A DNA stretch of 64,000 bases from Cyanophora paradoxa CCMP329 (GCA_004431415.1 QPMI01000588.1:186001-250000), one strand, 5' to 3'. Positions 1 through 12,603 are shown, numbered from the stretch's first letter. Notes: generated by a model from the sequence alone, not told the origin. Program-made: numbers and translations.

Positions 1-189
1 GTAGGTACGAGCCCCGCGGGCGTGCGAGAGCGGCGGGACGCAGGGGTGCGGGACGGACTCAGGGGGCGGCGCAGGTCGGGGGCACGCCTGTTTTCGCCGC
101 CTCCATCACTGCTCCGCGGGGCGGGCGTCGTCCGCGCCCCCGCCGCCGCTGCTCATCGAGGGCCTCGCGGGGCTGAGCGGATCCGGCGC

Positions 190-1040
190 TCAGGCGCCGA
201 GCTTGCCGAGCGCCTCCTCGATCTTGGCGATGAGGATGCTCTCGATCTCGCTCGGGTCGAAGCGGCGCGGGTTCCAGCGGCTGGCGGTCGGCAGCGTGAG
301 GGACGTTCGGGGCTGCTCGGAGCGCGAGCTCGGGAGGAGCTCAGCTCACCTCTGGTTCTCCTTCAGGATCTGGACGTTGACAGCTTTATCGCCCACCTGT
401 TCCAGAGTGACGGTAATAATGTTCGGCCTGAACACCGCGCGCGTCAAGCAGGGGCCGGCGCCGGGCCTGGGGCCAGGGATCGAAACCAATTGCAAGCACT
501 CACCCGAAGTCTCCGCTGTCGACGCATTGCGCGCTGGGAAAGCGTTTGTTGATCATGCGTCGGCAGGCGGAGAACTCGCTCCACCCGCCTCAGGCGCGGT
601 TGTAAGCGATGGTAAATGTCAACGGCAAATCCGCGGCCATCGTTCTGAACTCTCTGCGCGACGCGGAAGAACGGGGTCAGATGAAGGTGCGCATGCCGGT
701 CCCGAAACAACCCTCACACCCTCACACAGCGCCGCCTCATGCCGTGCGTACACCCTCACAGAGCGCCGCCAGGCCCTTCTATGAACGCTAGCTGACCATC
801 CAAACGCAGTAGAGTGGTAGGCGCACCTGGAACTTGAGTGGAAGACTCGAAACGCCGAGGCGAGGTTGCGAGATTGGGGGTACGCGGCTGGTCAGCGTTG
901 TACCCCCAGTGAACACTGCGGCGTGACTGCGCCGTGACTGCGGCGCCTCAACGCCCGGGGGATCCGCAGCGAGGGCATCTCGTCCATCACGCGCAGCACG
1001 TTTCGCTAATCTCATTGCATGGGAGGCCGGTGGATGGGCA
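190..1040 (-). CDS. Hypothetical multi-exon gene; 5' end uncertain
   Basis: Minus-strand exons joined by GTGAG...CAG introns give a coherent C-terminus PNIITVTLEQVGDKAVNVQILKENQ/SRWNPRRFDPSEIESILIAKIEEALGKLGA*, with the stop at 190-192. No recognisable domain. Confidence 0.45.
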
Positions 1041-1182
1041 TGGTCGGGCCGCTGTACTTGGGCCAGCCAAGAGCCTGCTTGCGGCAACACGCCTGCTAGC
1101 TATAGCTAAAGGACAGCATCTTTCTGATAGAAAGGGCCCGAGCTGTGACCTGCTTCTTGAAAGCCAGCTTTAGAACTGGGCG

Positions 1183-2056
1183 ATGGCGGACCCCGCAGTG
1201 GAACCTGCCAGCCTGGCGGCGGTGGGCGAGGAGATGGACGAGGATGACGTTCCGCCGTACGCGCGCTTCGGCATGGACCGCGCGGCGAGCGAGAGCGACT
1301 CGGACGAGAGCTCGACCCCGCGGGCGGCGGGGCCCGAGGAGGAGGCGGCTGCGCCCGCCGCCGCCCCCGCGCCGCCGGTGATGCTCCTCGAGCACGAGGA
1401 GGAGGAGGCGCCGCTCTTCACCACGGGCGTCGACAAGGAGGCGAGCGAGCGAGCGCCGGGCTCGCGGGCGCCTCGGGCGGGGCGCGGGGCGGGGCGGCTG
1501 ATCGGGCGGGGCGGGCGGCAGATGGACTTGTTGTCGGAGAGGAGCCCGCGCTCGCGGCGGGACTCGCACATCTCGGCGCGGAGCAAGAGCTCGCGGCGCG
1601 GCTCCGGCTCGGACAGCCGCGGCTCGACCCCGGAGTACATGTCCTACCTCGAGAAGGTACCCCCGCGTTCCCCCCTCCCAAGGCAAGGCTTCCGCGGCTC
1701 ACGGGCGGGCGGCCCCGCACGCGCAGCACGGCCTGCGCAAGTTCGGCGTGGAGGAAGGGGACGAAACGGTGCTGGGGGCGCTCCCCTCGGGCCGCGCCTT
1801 CTCGCACCGGCTCCGCCTCGAGTCGGCCCGCGTCAGCCTCGACGACGTCTCCGAGCAGCCGCGCCAGGCCGCCATGTTCCCGCTGTTCGCGTACCCACAC
1901 ACGGGGCCGAAGTTGCAATTGCGTGTTTTAAGGCCGCCGGCGGCCGGTGGAAGGAGCGCACGCCGAAGGGCAGCAGGAGCACGCGCTCCGCCCTGCGCGT
2001 GCGTCCCGCCCGGCCACTGGATCGGCCGCTCGATTGGCGGTTGGTTTCGAGAGTAG
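1183..2056 (+). CDS. Hypothetical acidic/Ser-Arg-rich protein, at least 1 intron; 3' end uncertain
   Basis: ATG at 1183 with GC3-rich codons (MADPAVEPASL...EYMSYLEK). Intron GTACCC...GGCTCAC...GCGCAG (1657-1726) joins in frame to HGLRKFGVEEGDETVLGALPSGRAFSHRLRLES. Confidence 0.5.
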
Positions 2057-2268
2057 TCGTTAGCGGAGCCGCTCGGCGGCGCTCTCTGTGCGGCCGCATC
2101 GTCTAAATCGAGCGGCTACCTGCCTGCCTCCGAGCACCCGTGCGCTCTAGCCGGCGCGTGCGGCTCCCGCTCGAGCAACCGTGCGCTCATCCCCGGGGCG
2201 CAGCGTCGATGCCTGCGGCGGATCGCTTCCGAGTAGGCATCGGCAGCGCCGGCGCAGCGGCGGAGAAG

Positions 2269-4380
2269 ATGGAGGAGGACGCCGCGGCAGCGGAGCCGCT
2301 CGCCGCGCGCTCGGAGTCAAGCCGGCACGCGCACACCACCGGGCGCTCGGAGAAGCTGCAGAACCTCTCGGTGGCCTCGGAGTCCTCGGAGTCTCCTTCT
2401 GGGGAGCCGCGGGGCGCCAAGGAGCCCCCGGAGGGCGGCCTCCTCGCCTGGCTCGTCGTCTTCGCCTCGTTCATCGTGCACGTCTGCGTTCTCGGCATGC
2501 AGGCGCGCCCCAGGGAGATCTGCTCGCACCTGCGCCGCCTCACCGCCCCCGCCGCAGTACTCGGCCGGCGTCTTCATCGTGCCCTACACGAGGGCGTTCA
2601 ACGTCGGCCGCGGCGCCGTCTCCGTCGTCAGTGCGCCCGCCCCGCCGCGCCGCGCTACCGTCGCTTCGAATTCCCGTACCCACCGCGGGGCAGGCACGAT
2701 CGCGACCGTCCTGTTCCCTCTCGCGGGGGCCCTCGTGGGCGCCGTTGCGGACCGCTGGGGGTACCGCAAGGTCGTCGCCGTGGGCGGGGTACTCTTCTGC
2801 GTCGGCTTCGCTATCAGCGCCTCCGCCCAGGAGGTCTGGCACCTCTACCTCACCCAGGGCGCGCCCCCGTACCCCCCGCCAGCCCACGCGTACCCCCCCT
2901 CCCCCCGCCTGAGCCGCACCCCGCAGGCCTCATCGTGGTGCTCGGCGCCTCGGCGCTCTACTTCCCGTCGGTCTCCGTCGTGTCCCAGTGGTTCAAGAAG
3001 AGGTGCGGTACCCTGCGCCCCCGTCCTCCCCTCTCGTCCGCCGCCGCCCACGCGGGCGCCGCGGGGCAGGCGGCGGGGCGTGGCGGTGGGCCTGGCGGTC
3101 TCGGGCTCGGGGGTCGGGAACTTCGCGTTCGCGCCCCTCATCGAGGCCCTCATCGCCTCCCAGGGCTGGCGGGTGCCCCCCCCCCGCCCCCCGAGGCTCC
3201 TCCCCCGGGCCCCCCTCACGCCGCAGAACGCAGAACGCGCTGCTGGTGATCACGGCGCTGAACGCCGGCCTCCTCTCCGTCGCCGTCGGCTTCCTCCGCC
3301 GCCGCATCGTCCCGCCCCCGCCCCCGCCGGGCCCCGGCGGCGCCCCCGCGCGGCGGCCGCCCCTCTTCGACCTCTCGCTCCTCCGCATGCGCAACTTCCG
3401 CCTGCTCTACCTCGCCACCGCCACCGGCCAGCTCGGCAATCTAATGTCCGCCTCCCGCCTCCCGCCCCGGCTCAGATCAGATTTGATCCGATCCGATCTG
3501 AGCCGACGCGGCGCAGGCCGTTCGCGCACGTGTCGCCGTTCGCGCAGGACTACGGCATGAGCGCCTCGTACGGGGCCATCCTCGTCTCCATCCTCGGCGC
3601 CGGCTCCGCCGCCGGCCGCGTCCTCCTCGGCCTCGTCGCCGACCGCTGGGGCCCCGTCCCCGTCCTCCGCCTCGCCATGCTCGTCAACGCCCTCGCCATG
3701 CTCGCCTGGCCCTGGTGCACCGCGCCCCCGGCCCTCGCCGCCTTCTGCGCCCTCTACGGCTTCACCGTGCGCCCCCTGCCCCGCGCCGGCTTCGCCCTGC
3801 ACCCCCTGAGCCTCCCCTGCGCAGGGCGGGGGCTTCATCAGCCTGCTGCCGGTGGTGTCGGCGGAGCTCTTCGGGGTGGAGCGCCTGGCGCGGGCGGTGG
3901 GCCTGCTCTTCACCTCCTTCGGCGTCGCCAACGCCGTCGGCTCGCCCCTCGCCGGCTTCCTCTTTGACGCCACCGGCTCCTACACCCCCGCCATCCTGGC
4001 ATTCTCCGGTGCCATCCCCCTCTTACGGGGGGGCGGAGAGGCTCCGGTCCGCTGACCAGAGCGCGCCCGCAGCGTGCATGTTCGTCTCTGTCGGCTTCCT
4101 CCTCTTTGTCCGCGTCGAGCGCCCAGCCGGCGCCGCCGTCGCCCCGGCCCCCGCCCCCCCGCCGTCCGCCGGCGAGGGCGCCCCCCTCTCCTCCTTCTCC
4201 TCCTCCGGATCGGCGCTGAAGCCCGAGCCCGAGCCCGGGGCCGGCCTCGTTCCGGCGGGCGGTGACCGGCTCCAGGGAGCCTTGCCGCCCGACGGGGTGA
4301 TCGCCGCGTCTTTGGGGGGCGCGCCGCCGCCAGCGCCGCCGCCCGTCAAGGCCCCAGCCACCATCGCCGTCTCAGTCTGA
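2269..4380 (+). CDS. MFS transporter, monocarboxylate transporter (MCT/SLC16)-like, 9 exons
   Basis: The spliced product has PPEGGLLAWLVVFASFIVH (MCT N-terminal motif), GAVADRWGYRKV and GLVADRWG (MFS motif A) and SQWFKKRRRGVAVGLAVSGSGVG. Introns: 2503-2557 (GC-AG), 2631-2693, 2859-2926 (GC-AG), 3003-3069, 3173-3233, 3446-3516, 3767-3824, 4009-4072. An alternative in-frame ATG lies at 2209. Confidence 0.9.
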
Positions 4381-5488
4381 TAATGAATGCGAGCCCTTCG
4401 GTGGTGGCGCCCCGGCCGCATATGCATGACGTGCTTTCTTCAAGCTTCATGATCACTTTCAGATTCAATGATTCATGAGTAAATTTCGATCGCCCGGGGC
4501 TTTAGCTTCGAGTACTAGTACGTATACTAGTACTAGTACTAGTACTTGCGCATGCCCGGGGCCCCCGGCCGAGCCGCCACGCTCTTTTGATTTCGATGAC
4601 TGGGGATCATCGGATCCGGGAGACTCTGAGATCTAGATAGATCTAGCCTATAGCTAGTATACGTATATATATACGTATATCTAAATCATTGAATGTCATG
4701 CGCTGGCGCTCATGATCATGATCAGCTGGCGCGTATACGCGTACCGTAGTACGGCTGCGCATGCGCCCGGTTCACTTCGTTCGCGGCCTTCAGCTTCGAG
4801 CTTCGTTCGCGACCTCCGAACTTCGTTCGCAACTCTTGGAGCTCTCGAGCCCGCCCTGGAGCTCTCGAGCTCCGGGCGGAGCGCAATCGCTTCGGTGGGG
4901 GTACGGGTGCGCGGGGCTTGTCTGCGAGACGTGACAGCTCGAGCCAACGCGCGGAGCTTGCAGGCCAAGTCGAGGCCCCGAGGGCCGAGGGAGCGCGGCG
5001 CGCGCAAGCTAAGCGGCGCGCGCAACGGCGACTGCAAGCTAAGCGCTAGCCCTCTGCAGGGCCGCTAGCAGAAAAGCTTTGTAGAGACTGCGCGCATTTC
5101 GCCACGATCGCGTCTGCAGAGCTAGATCTAGAGCAGCAGCTGCAGTTATTCCGGCGGCCGCGCAGCCTGATCATGACAGGAGCTGACTCTCGGTGAGGTC
5201 GACCTGCGCATGCAGGCTGCAGCCTTATTCCGGAGCCAGTTTGCCTGCGAGGACGTGTCGGTTACACGTCGGTCGGCACCGCAGCCGCGGCCGCGGCTCG
5301 AGCATCACAACGCTAGCGGGAAGAACGAGCCGCGTGCATCAACCTGAGCTAGAGTCGCTGCTCTGAGTCGCCGCAACCTTGACGACGTTGGAGCGCGGCA
5401 GCCGCCGGGCGGTTGCAGCGCTAGCGCGCCCGCGACCGCGCACGGAGGCGCCGGCAGGGCACACGGGGCCGGCTGCAGCCGCAGCTCG

Positions 5489-7865
5489 ATGACAGAGGCC
5501 GCGGCGACGGGGGATGAGCATCGAAAGCGGCCGCGGAGCAGTGGTAAGGGCAGCCCGGGCGCGCTCCCGGCGGCCCCTCTGCAGCTGGAAGTGCGCGATG
5601 CGGAATCGGACGCCGGGTCGGGGTCCGGTGAGCGAGCCCCCGCGCGCCGGCTGCCCGGCGCCGCCCCGGGCCGGGCCGGCGCCCCGTGCTCGCGGCTGAC
5701 GGAGGGGCGGCGCGGGGGCAGAGGAGCTGGAGGCTGCGAAGCCGCTCGTGAAGGAGGCGCTGGACGCGCTGGACGGCGTCCTGGAGCGCCTCCGCCTCAG
5801 CGACCCCGACGAGGAGGAGGAGGAGGCCGAGGCGGCCGGCGCCCGGGCCGTCGACGGGCCGCCCCCTCGACCCACCGGGCCCGCCCCCGCCCGAGGTCGC
5901 GCTGCAGCTGCCCCGGGGGGCCCGCCCCGCTCCCGGAGCCCCTGCCCCTGCCCAAGCCCTCCCGCTGCCCCTCCCAAAGCCCTCGCAGCCTCCCTCACTT
6001 TCCCCCAGGCCGTGCGCCGCCGCCCGCCCGCCCGCGGATAGCGGAGGCTGACGCGCGCGGGCCCGGCCGCGCAGGCGCCGCCCCCGTACAGGCTCGAGGG
6101 CCGCGCCGACCCCGCCGCGCTGCTCGCGTGGGCGCAGTCGGCGGCGGACTCGCTGCGGCACAGCCTGGGCGGGCCCCCGGGCGGCGGCGCTGCACCCGGG
6201 GCCCAGCCTGCTGGACCTCCAGTCGCGCCTCGCGCGTGCGCTGGCCGACGCGCGCCTGCTGAACCTGCCGCTCTTCCGGACGCTGCGGGGGCGCACCGAG
6301 CTGCGCGCCCACTTCGCCCTCCTGCGGCGCTCGGGTCCGTCGGCGCCAGCCTCGTCCCCGCTGTCGTCCGCGCCCTCGCCGAGGCGCTCCTGGCGCCCTG
6401 CGGCCCGCCCCGCCGCCTGGGGCGACGCCGCCGCGGCCGGCGTGGGCGCCGAGGGCGGCGACGGGGCCGCCGGGGCGTGGTGGGCGGAGGAGGACGCGGA
6501 CGTGCTGGTGGAGCACTGCTGGGCGCTGGTGCGGGCGGGGACGACGGACACGCCGCGCGCCTGCCCGGAGCTCTTCCCCCTCGACTGGCCCACCGCCGAG
6601 CGCCTCGCCCTGCGCGCCGACGAGCTCTCTCTCCCCTTCGAGCGGGCCCCCGGCGCCCTGCGCGCCAAGGCCCTCTGCTTCCGCGCCTTCCTGCTGGACA
6701 CGTGGAAGCGGGACGAGGAGGCCGTCCCCGCCTACTTCGTCGCCTGGTCCGAGCTCCGCAGGCGCCAGCTCGCACCCAGCCCCCTCGTCCGCCCTCCCCT
6801 CCCCTCGAGCTCCCCTCTCTTCTCCCTCCCCTGCCGACGCCGGGGCGCAGGAGGCGGCGCTGGTGCCGCGGCTGGCGCAGCTGCTCTTCGAGGCGTTCAA
6901 CGCGCCAACGGCGCTCGCCGTGCGCGAGAGCGCCTACCGCCTCGCCGGCACCGACGAGGAGAACGTCCTCGCCGAGCTCGAGGAGATCCGCATGACGAGT
7001 GCGCCCCCGGCCGATCCATCGATCGCCGCGCCGCCGCTCACGAGCGCCAGTCTCGACAAACACGTGGCGGAAGAACGGGGCGGGGGCGGAGGCGGAGGCG
7101 GCGCGGGGCGTGGCGCTGCTGGAGGGCCTGGAGGCGCGGGGCCTCGCCGAGTACACGCTGCTGCGGGCGCGCATGCAGCTCGACCTCGGCCTCACGCAGA
7201 TGCTCCAGGGCCACCCGCGTGCCCTCGCCGCCACCTGGACCCGCGCCCTCCGCGCCATCCTCGCCTGCTGCGGGGGCGACCCCGGCGCCCCCGAGCTCGA
7301 CGTGCTCAACTTCCTCCACTACGCCCGCCGCGCGCAGTCGAGGGCGAGCCGCGTGCGCGCCGTGCGCCTCTGCACGCTGCTGCTCGAGCGCGCGGACAAG
7401 GAGCAGCGGACGCCGCTGCTCGCGCACGCGCACTTCCGCCTGGCGCGGACGTACGCGTGGGACGGGCAGCCGAAGCAGGCGGCGCGGCAGCTGCGGCGCG
7501 CCCTCGCCGCCTACACGACCCGCTTCGGGGACGTCTTCAGCCCCACGCACCCCCGCGTCGTCGAGATCGAGCGCGCCCTCGAGGCCCTCGCCAAGCGCCT
7601 GCCCGCGGGGAGCGCCGGCTCCAGCCCGCCCGCGGGGAGCGCGGGGTCGAGCCCGCCCTCCTCGACGCCCCGGCGGCCCCTCTTCTCCCTCTTCTCCCGC
7701 AAGAGCCGCCGCGTCTCGCCCACGTGCGCCGCGGCCGGGGCGGAGGGGCAGGGATGCCCCGGCAGCGGGCCCTCCAGCTCCCCCGCCTCCTCGCCCCCCT
7801 GGGGCGGCCCCTCGGGCTTCCAGCCGGACCCCGACTGCCCCGCGGCCGGCCGCGCCTGGTCGTGA
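5489..7865 (+). CDS. Multi-exon alpha-helical, TPR-like protein
   Basis: Introns such as 5628-5721 (GTGAGC...CTGAC...GCAG) and ~6999-7051 restore frame. The last exon has TPR-like helices ending LAHAHFRLARTYAWDGQPKQAARQLRRALAAYTTRFGDVFSPTHPRVVEIERALEAL. The internal exon structure is only partly resolved. Confidence 0.55.
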
Positions 7866-8906
7866 TCGCGTGGCCGCCGGGGCCGAGGCCTGCCCCGCAT
7901 CGCCCCCGCGCGCCCGTTTTCGACAATCGCGTAGAGCGCCGTTAGTTTATGAGCCCGCCTTTCCTTGCATCTTTGGTGCGCCCCAGCGCCTTCAAACGGT
8001 TTTCTCTGAATCCTCCAGCCGCCGGCGCCACCCGCAGCCGATTTCCTTAGTATTGCGACTATAGTTTATGGTTGGTTCTCACAGACTTGTGCCACTTTTT
8101 CACAGACTTGTCACACTGTCACAGTGTGCCACGTTTTGCTTGCATTACCGTACGCGTATACCTAGTACTAGTATACGTTAACGAACAATAACTTTTTTTA
8201 ACAACTTGGCTAAATTCCGCGTTCTGATCATGATAAATACAAGCCTGTACATGTACTCATTCATTCTTTTTCCCCCTTATTATATAAACCTGCGCATACG
8301 TAAGGATTGAACCTGAACGCAAGGATGCATGCCTTGGCAATGCATGATATGCATTTGATGTTCGCACCCGGTGCCACGGTGACGTCGACCCGGGTGACGT
8401 CGACCGCCCCGTGCACGCCGTGTATGTCGCAGTGCACGTGCATGCACTGCAGCTGTCACAGTGTCTTCGCGATTGGAGTTTATATAATTAACTCAAGATT
8501 TAGACTTGCTGGCAAGCATCATGATCATGACTCAGTGATCATCATGATCAAGATCATGGCCATGCATATGGCATGGAATCATCACATGCATCCGATGCAT
8601 GGAAAATATGTACACGCGGCAGCCTAGGCCTAGCCTAGTAGGCCTGGCAGATCTAGACGGGGGCCGCGCGCGGGGTCGCGGGCCTGCAGCTGCTCCGAGG
8701 CTCGTGGCCTATAGCTAGCCGCGCTGGAGGGCTGCCCCCGGGTCGCACTTGAAGGGCGCCTCGCCGCACTTGAAGGGCGCCTCGCCGCACGGCGACGGCG
8801 GGCTCGTCGGGGGAGGCGGCGCAGGCGAGGCCCTCCAGCGCCCACCGCCCGCTCCGCACCGCCACGCCCCCGACACCCATCCCCTGGCCCCGGGAAGGGT
8901 GAGGGG

Positions 8907-8907
<1 letters not shown>

Positions 8908-8947
<40 letters not shown>
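8908..8947 (+). repeat. Poly-G run (~40 nt) within a G-rich tract
   Basis: Read directly from the sequence; homopolymer length may be inaccurate in the assembly. Confidence 0.9.
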
Positions 8948-9661
8948 CGGGTAGGGAGGGGGAGCGGGGAGGAGGGGGGGGGGGCATGAGTTATGGAGCA
9001 CGAGAAAATAGGCGTACCCGCGGATCCGGAGGATGACCTTCCCCTCCACCACCACCGTGCGCGAGCTCGCACGTGACGTCCAGCTGTGTCTCCAGCGCGA
9101 TGGTGTGGCGGTACCGGTGCAGTATATTCGTATTCCAGATCTTGACGCGTCAAGGAAGGGGCGGACGGCGGCGGGCAGCGGCGGCCGCACTGTCCCGCGT
9201 GCAGCGCTTAGCTAAAGGTTTTCCCATTCCGCCCTTCTGCAGCGGGGATCGTGGTCCGACGGTCATGATGCAATCATGCGACTGCGGATTTATTGCAAGC
9301 AGGTTGCCAGTCGCTTTACATGTACAGCGCGAAACGAAATTTCGAAACAGCAAATTTTAGAACTGCCGATTATAATTAGCTATAGACGACGACCGCCAAA
9401 ATCGCAGACGCGATGGCCATGGCGAGGAGTGCTTGCGAGATGGATCCGGATACAAAGCTCGTCTTGGCTGGCGCCTTGCTGAAGAAAGGCCTGCGCGCGA
9501 ACGCGAAAATTCGAACGATGCACGCGCGAACAACATTTGAAAGGCCTAGGGCCGTAGATTGTGCACGTGCACGCACACAGCTGGCGCTGCCGTTGTTGTT
9601 CCAATCCACTGGAAAGCCTGCCGGGTGGATTCAGTTGTAAGAATTGAAGTGTGCAGTTGAT

Positions 9662-10678
9662 TCAAATGATTCGGCCTTTGCCGCTTACATTCTCGAGAGT
9701 CTGCGCATGCGCATGCGTGCACGTGAGCCTATCAGCGCGGGCATATAAACCAAGCACAGGCAGCGTACGAAGGTTTCAAAGGCCTTGGCCGGTGACGATA
9801 TCTCAACCGAATAACCCTGAGTCAAGACGAAAGCAGCGCTAGCCTGGTCCGGATGTACATGTGTTTAAATTTAATATAATGGTTAGACTTTTTTACATAT
9901 ATATACACATATATATAGCACACACCTTCAAGCCCCTCGAGCTTTTGCGTTTAGCGTTGCAGGTGGTGAAGGAGGGCGCTTGAAATACGATGGTGGTAGA
10001 GGTGGGAATTCGCGCGTCGGTCGCCGCGCAGCGCTTGCCCGTTCCGGGGTTAATGATATGAATTGCGATGGAAGCGTCCACGGGGAAGCCTGATCATCTC
10101 AATGATCAAGAAGCAGAAAAAGATTCGGATCCGAGACGACAGGTTTAAATTTGGTGCGGAAGGAGGACCCACCTTCGCCGAAGATGGTTACCGGCTCTCC
10201 CGCCTGATCATAAAAAGAGCGTCAATATTAATGCACACCCCGTTATGATCATGATGAGAGCGTTCACAGCCACCTGCGCGGACTGGATGACGGGGGCGGG
10301 CAGCGTGGCGGTGTTGTTTACGAATACAAGCGTTCCACCGGCCACCCCTGTGGGCTTCCCATTGACAGTAATTCGCGTAATCGACTGAAGAAGGGCGCAG
10401 TCAAATTGCGGTTTAATTTGTAAATTGTGCGTCTTCGCGCACTGGAGCAATCACTTTGGCCGGCGCGACCGGTACCGCAAGTGCCGTCGGAGTCGGTGCG
10501 ATGTTATAATTAATTGACGGCGTCGCAGCAGGTGTAATCATCGCCGAGCTCGAGGGGGTTGGCGCCGCAGCCAAGCTCGGCGATGGGCTTGGGCTGGTTG
10601 CAATTGCCGGCGTCGGGCTGGGGGAGGAAGACGAAGTCGGGCTTGCGGACGGCGTCGCCGAGGCGCTGGGCGACGGAC

Positions 10679-10736
<58 letters not shown>

Positions 10737-11393
10737 AGACGGCGTTGCGACTGTGACGCAGGAGCCGCTGACATTCTGCATAGGTGCAGTGCAGACGCAC
10801 AGCGGCCTCGCGAAGACGGCGCCTGGCAGGAGCTTCCGCATCCTTGAACCCACATAGAATTGTCCATTGCGCACGATGACTTCATTCTCGGTACACACGT
10901 ACCTGTACATGTATCGAATGAGGCCGCAAAAAGATCCGAAGGCTTTCATGGTCAGCCGGCAGACTGGCCATGGGCGTATGATCCAGAACTATATATTGTT
11001 CGCACCACACGCATATAGAAAGGCCATTCCACTGGATGACCGTGTGGTTGTTGAAGACCTGTACACCTGAAGTTGCGCCTGTTCCGCCGCCCGCATTGTA
11101 CGTCGCGGGACCGTAAACTCCGTTAGCGGTCCAAGCTGCGCATACGTGCATGCGCATGTGAGACTGCGCATGCGCCGCGGTCTTAAGCTTGTGGCTGACT
11201 GCGCCGGCGCCGTACGCTTGTGTTTCAAAAACGCATGCGCACAAGGATTTACATTGGTGCTGTTGCACTTGCACGCGCTTCCACTAACAGCGTTATCGAC
11301 TGGCTGCCCGTTGACGCACTCAGGGTTGTAAGTGATTTGGGCCGCGCTGCAACATCCAACCACGGCCACAATGACCAGGATGCGCGCGAGCAT
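9662..11393 (-). CDS. Secreted Ser-Pro-repeat (HRGP-like) protein with Cys-rich N-terminus and IPT/TIG-like C-terminal domain, multi-exon
   Basis: Signal peptide MLARILVIVAVVGCCSAA, Cys-rich exons, and an (SP)n tract at ~10660-10745. After splicing the C-terminal part reads PVIQSAQ...AGEPVTIFGEG/FPVDASIAIHIINPGTGKRCAATDARIPTSTTIVFQAPS, which resembles an IPT/TIG beta-sandwich. Stop inferred at 9662-9664. Confidence 0.6.
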
Positions 11394-11770
11394 GCATATG
11401 GTCGGTGAAGCCGGCGCCCCGCGACGCATCGATATCGCTTTTTGCTGCAAGGGCGGCCGCGGCTTTCGCATTAATATTCGCTTTCCGAATACGAACTTCG
11501 GAAGTTCGGTATACGTTCCGCTTTCTCCTCAGGGCCTAGCCTTCGCCGTGATGGGAAAGCCTGCTTCCGCGCGTCCTTGTATTAAGCTTCGAATTCCGCG
11601 GCGCCGTCACCTTCCGCGCTTTCTAGATCTAGATCTCTGCACTGCCGCAGTGCGGCAGCTGGCGCCGCGGCCGGCGCCGGCTCCGGCGCCTCCGCGTGGC
11701 GGCTGTGCACTGCGCGGCAGTATGCATGCCGCGGTGCAGGCGGCACTACCGGTAACCGGTAGTACGTATA

Positions 11771-12012
11771 CTGTAGGAGGCGGAAAATTGCCGAGGCGAA
11801 AAATTGCCGAATTCGTCCAAAACCGGAATTGCCGTCACAATGCCGTGGCGATCGCGATAAATTGCCGAATCCGGGCTAGGATTCTGCTCTATGGCGGGCT
11901 AGGAAAGTACCTACCCCCAGCAACATTGCCGAGTCGTTAAATTGCCGAATTCGGCGTCTCGGCAATTTATATATGGCAATTATTCACCGCGGCAATTTTC
12001 CGCCTCCTACAG
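11771..12012. mobile_element. 242-bp MITE with TA target duplication (Tc1/mariner-type)
   Basis: Perfect 23-bp TIRs CTGTAGGAGGCGGAAAATTGCCG / CGGCAATTTTCCGCCTCCTACAG, flanked by TA on both sides (11769-70, 12013-14). Internal AATTGCCG repeats. Confidence 0.9.
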
Positions 12013-12039
12013 TACTTGTACTGCCGCAGTGCGGCCTGG

Positions 12040-12295
12040 ACTACCGTGTATACGTAACACTGTAACACTTATTTACTGCGCCACAAATTACTGCGTTCTC
12101 AGAGTCTAAACTTTCTGCGCCGATTGGCGCTTTACTGCGCAGCACTGCGGCAGTCTGCGCTACCAAATTATACTGCGTTCCATCAGCCTCGAAAACGTAT
12201 TATTTGTTAGCCAAGGGGGTAATATTGCGCTACCAAATTGCTGCGTTCTAAAAATTTTGAGCGCAGTAATAATACTGTAATATGGTAGCGCAGTA
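12040..12295. repeat. AT-rich tract with repeated TACTGCG / GCGCTACCAAATT motifs in both orientations; probable end of a DNA transposon interrupted by LTR element A
   Basis: The motif recurs several times, direct and inverted, and stops abruptly at the TG start of the LTR. Confidence 0.4.
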
Positions 12296-12578
12296 TGTCG
12301 CATCCGACATTATAGCGGATGCTCGTTTGTGAGCCGCTAGGGCTCTAGATGATGTGCGCAGCCTTCGTGCTGCTAGATCGACGGCGCCTAGGCTAGTTAG
12401 AGCGCCGCGGTCACTTGTATGCGTGTGTCGGGGTACGCCGTAGCTGGACGGGTACACCCTCAGTCTACCATCACGGTGGCTAACAGCAGCAGCACTCGCC
12501 AAACCCCGCCCTGCCGAGCTTGCACTCCGCACGGGCTTCCCGCGCGCACGATTAGACACACTAATCTCGCACGCGACA
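12296..12578 (+). mobile_element. 5' LTR of Ty3/gypsy element A (283 bp)
   Basis: TGTCGC...GCGACA termini. Shares blocks with the LTRs of element B (GCAGCCTTCGTGCTGCTAG; CACTAATCYCGCACGCGACA). Followed directly by a PBS and then gag. Confidence 0.85.
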
Positions 12579-12603
12579 GGCGCCATTCTGCCGGAATCGA
12601 ACC
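12579..12603 (+). promoter_or_regulatory. Primer-binding site of element A (tRNA-Asp-like 3' end)
   Basis: The reverse complement GGTTCGATTCCGGCAGAATGGCGCC is a T-loop plus acceptor arm. It is an indel variant of the element B PBS; the GGCG-CCA end resembles eukaryotic tRNA-Asp. Confidence 0.7.

Noticed and set aside
5339-7309. Long antisense ORFs (also 44769-46421, 47463-48905, 51275-53239, 57262-59295)
   Set aside because: These are shadow frames of high-GC genes or repeats, Arg/Ala/Gly/Pro-rich with no motifs.
8630-9640. Short ORFs around the poly-G run
   Set aside because: I could not build a consistent exon chain or find a motif; the poly-Pro and poly-Gly translations come from the homopolymer.
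12579-12603. PBS complementary to selenocysteine tRNA (13-bp acceptor+T arm, GGCGCCA end)
   Set aside because: The related element B PBS gives a standard 5+7 arm resembling tRNA-Asp. The extra base in A is better explained by indels.
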